Below, in pieces: positions 63,694-64,000 of a stretch of DNA of 64,000 bases. Position numbers and translations under genes: made by a program. Under the pieces are notes generated by a model, which worked only from the letters and a program-made list of their open reading frames with translations, made no database searches and was not told the origin of the DNA. Positions within the stretch are counted from its first letter, which is position 1, and each line of letters begins with the position of its first letter. Source of the stretch: Verrucomicrobia bacterium UBA1412 (GTDB lineage Bacteria > Verrucomicrobiota > Verrucomicrobiia > Limisphaerales > UBA1412); contig DBPU01000025.1 of assembly GCA_002305615.1 (NCBI GenBank), forward strand, positions 12,578-76,577. Reading direction: 5' to 3'.

Positions 63694-64000
63694 ATGAATG
63701 AGAAGAGAATATCTCTTCATCTTCATGCTGAAGGTGCCGAAGAGGTTTTAAAGGAGCTTGTTGCTCTTATTGGGGAAATTAAAGATATACCAGGTGCGGC
63801 CGCCAAGCTTCTGGATGCGCTTAGGGAACGTGAAAAACTATGCAGCACAGGTGTTGGTGATGGTGTGGCTTTTCCTCACTGCCGCAATGCCTTAGTAGGT
63901 TTGGTGAAAACTCCGGTTGTTGTCTTCGGACGGCATGAGAAAGGAGTTGCCTATGGAGCTGTCGATTCAGTTCCGGCCAAGTTGTTTTTTCTGGTCATCG
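63694..64000 (+). CDS. PTS EIIA type-2 domain protein (PtsN-like), N-terminal 102 codons; continues past the window end
   Basis: Not in the ORF track because it has no stop in the window. ATG 63694 is preceded by GAGAGGGAG. Hand translation: MNEKRISLHLHAEGAEEVLKELVALIGEI...STGVGDGVAFPHCRN...PAKLFFLVI. GxGxAxPH with the phospho-His is the EIIA-2/PtsN signature. Confidence 0.75.
   Translation, partial: MNEKRISLHLHAEGAEEVLKELVALIGEIKDIPGAAAKLLDALREREKLCSTGVGDGVAFPHCRNALVGLVKTPVVVFGRHEKGVAYGAVDSVPAKLFFLVI

Noticed and set aside
1-64000. CRISPR arrays, insertion sequences, integrases, prophage, toxin-antitoxin or restriction-modification genes, rRNA and tRNA genes
   Set aside because: No regularly spaced direct repeats, terminal inverted repeats, or transposase, integrase or defence-type proteins are visible in any frame. 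All intergenic regions longer than 60 nt were read on both strands without finding tRNA-like cloverleaf elements. The window looks like core chromosome.

Overview
Gene-dense, mid-GC chromosomal segment with about 51 protein-coding genes. I could not recognise any rRNA, tRNA, CRISPR array, transposase, integrase or prophage gene.

The content is mostly housekeeping:
- a partial uvrA and rpsT;
- argA abutting a fabD-fabG-acpP-fabF block;
- asnS and a PPi-type phosphofructokinase;
- a ribE-TPR-aroB-cimA operon;
- a MacA/MacB-type ABC exporter with two separate permease genes;
- a small 2x[4Fe-4S] ferredoxin;
- a cluster of a Tat-signal phosphoesterase, a GH38-like protein and a GT2 glycosyltransferase;
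- lon, queA, a CPA2 antiporter, a NifS-like desulfurase and folD;
- two pseudouridine synthases, hisI, a B12/radical-SAM enzyme and a PpiD-like chaperone;
- a roughly 10.7-kb minus-strand array: metG, hypothetical, waaA, second uvrA, lepB, hypothetical, permease;
- a partial PTS-EIIA-like gene at the window end.

Several lineage markers point to the PVC superphylum, probably Verrucomicrobiota (inference only). They are an H-X9-DG prepilin-like protein, a PilX_N-like protein, a 51-aa 'small basic protein', an LVIVD propeller, DUF1080 and Tat-signal sugar-phosphate isomerase.

I found no convincing novel multi-gene system and no defence island. The best leads are:
- a structured, attenuator-like leader upstream of ribE that does not look like an FMN riboswitch;
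- two small ORFs below the ORF-track length cutoff (the 51-aa small basic protein, and a 41-codon ORF that fills the gap between the two permease genes);
- a second full-length UvrA paralog embedded in a cell-envelope operon;
- sense-strand poly-G tracts of 8-11 nt at five places;
- several large secreted hypothetical proteins.

Three candidate promoters share a TAGAAT -10 hexamer. All calls rest on reading the sequence and on family motifs recalled from memory. No searches or folding programs were run. Start codons were chosen by hand where the track ORF began at an upstream alternative start.
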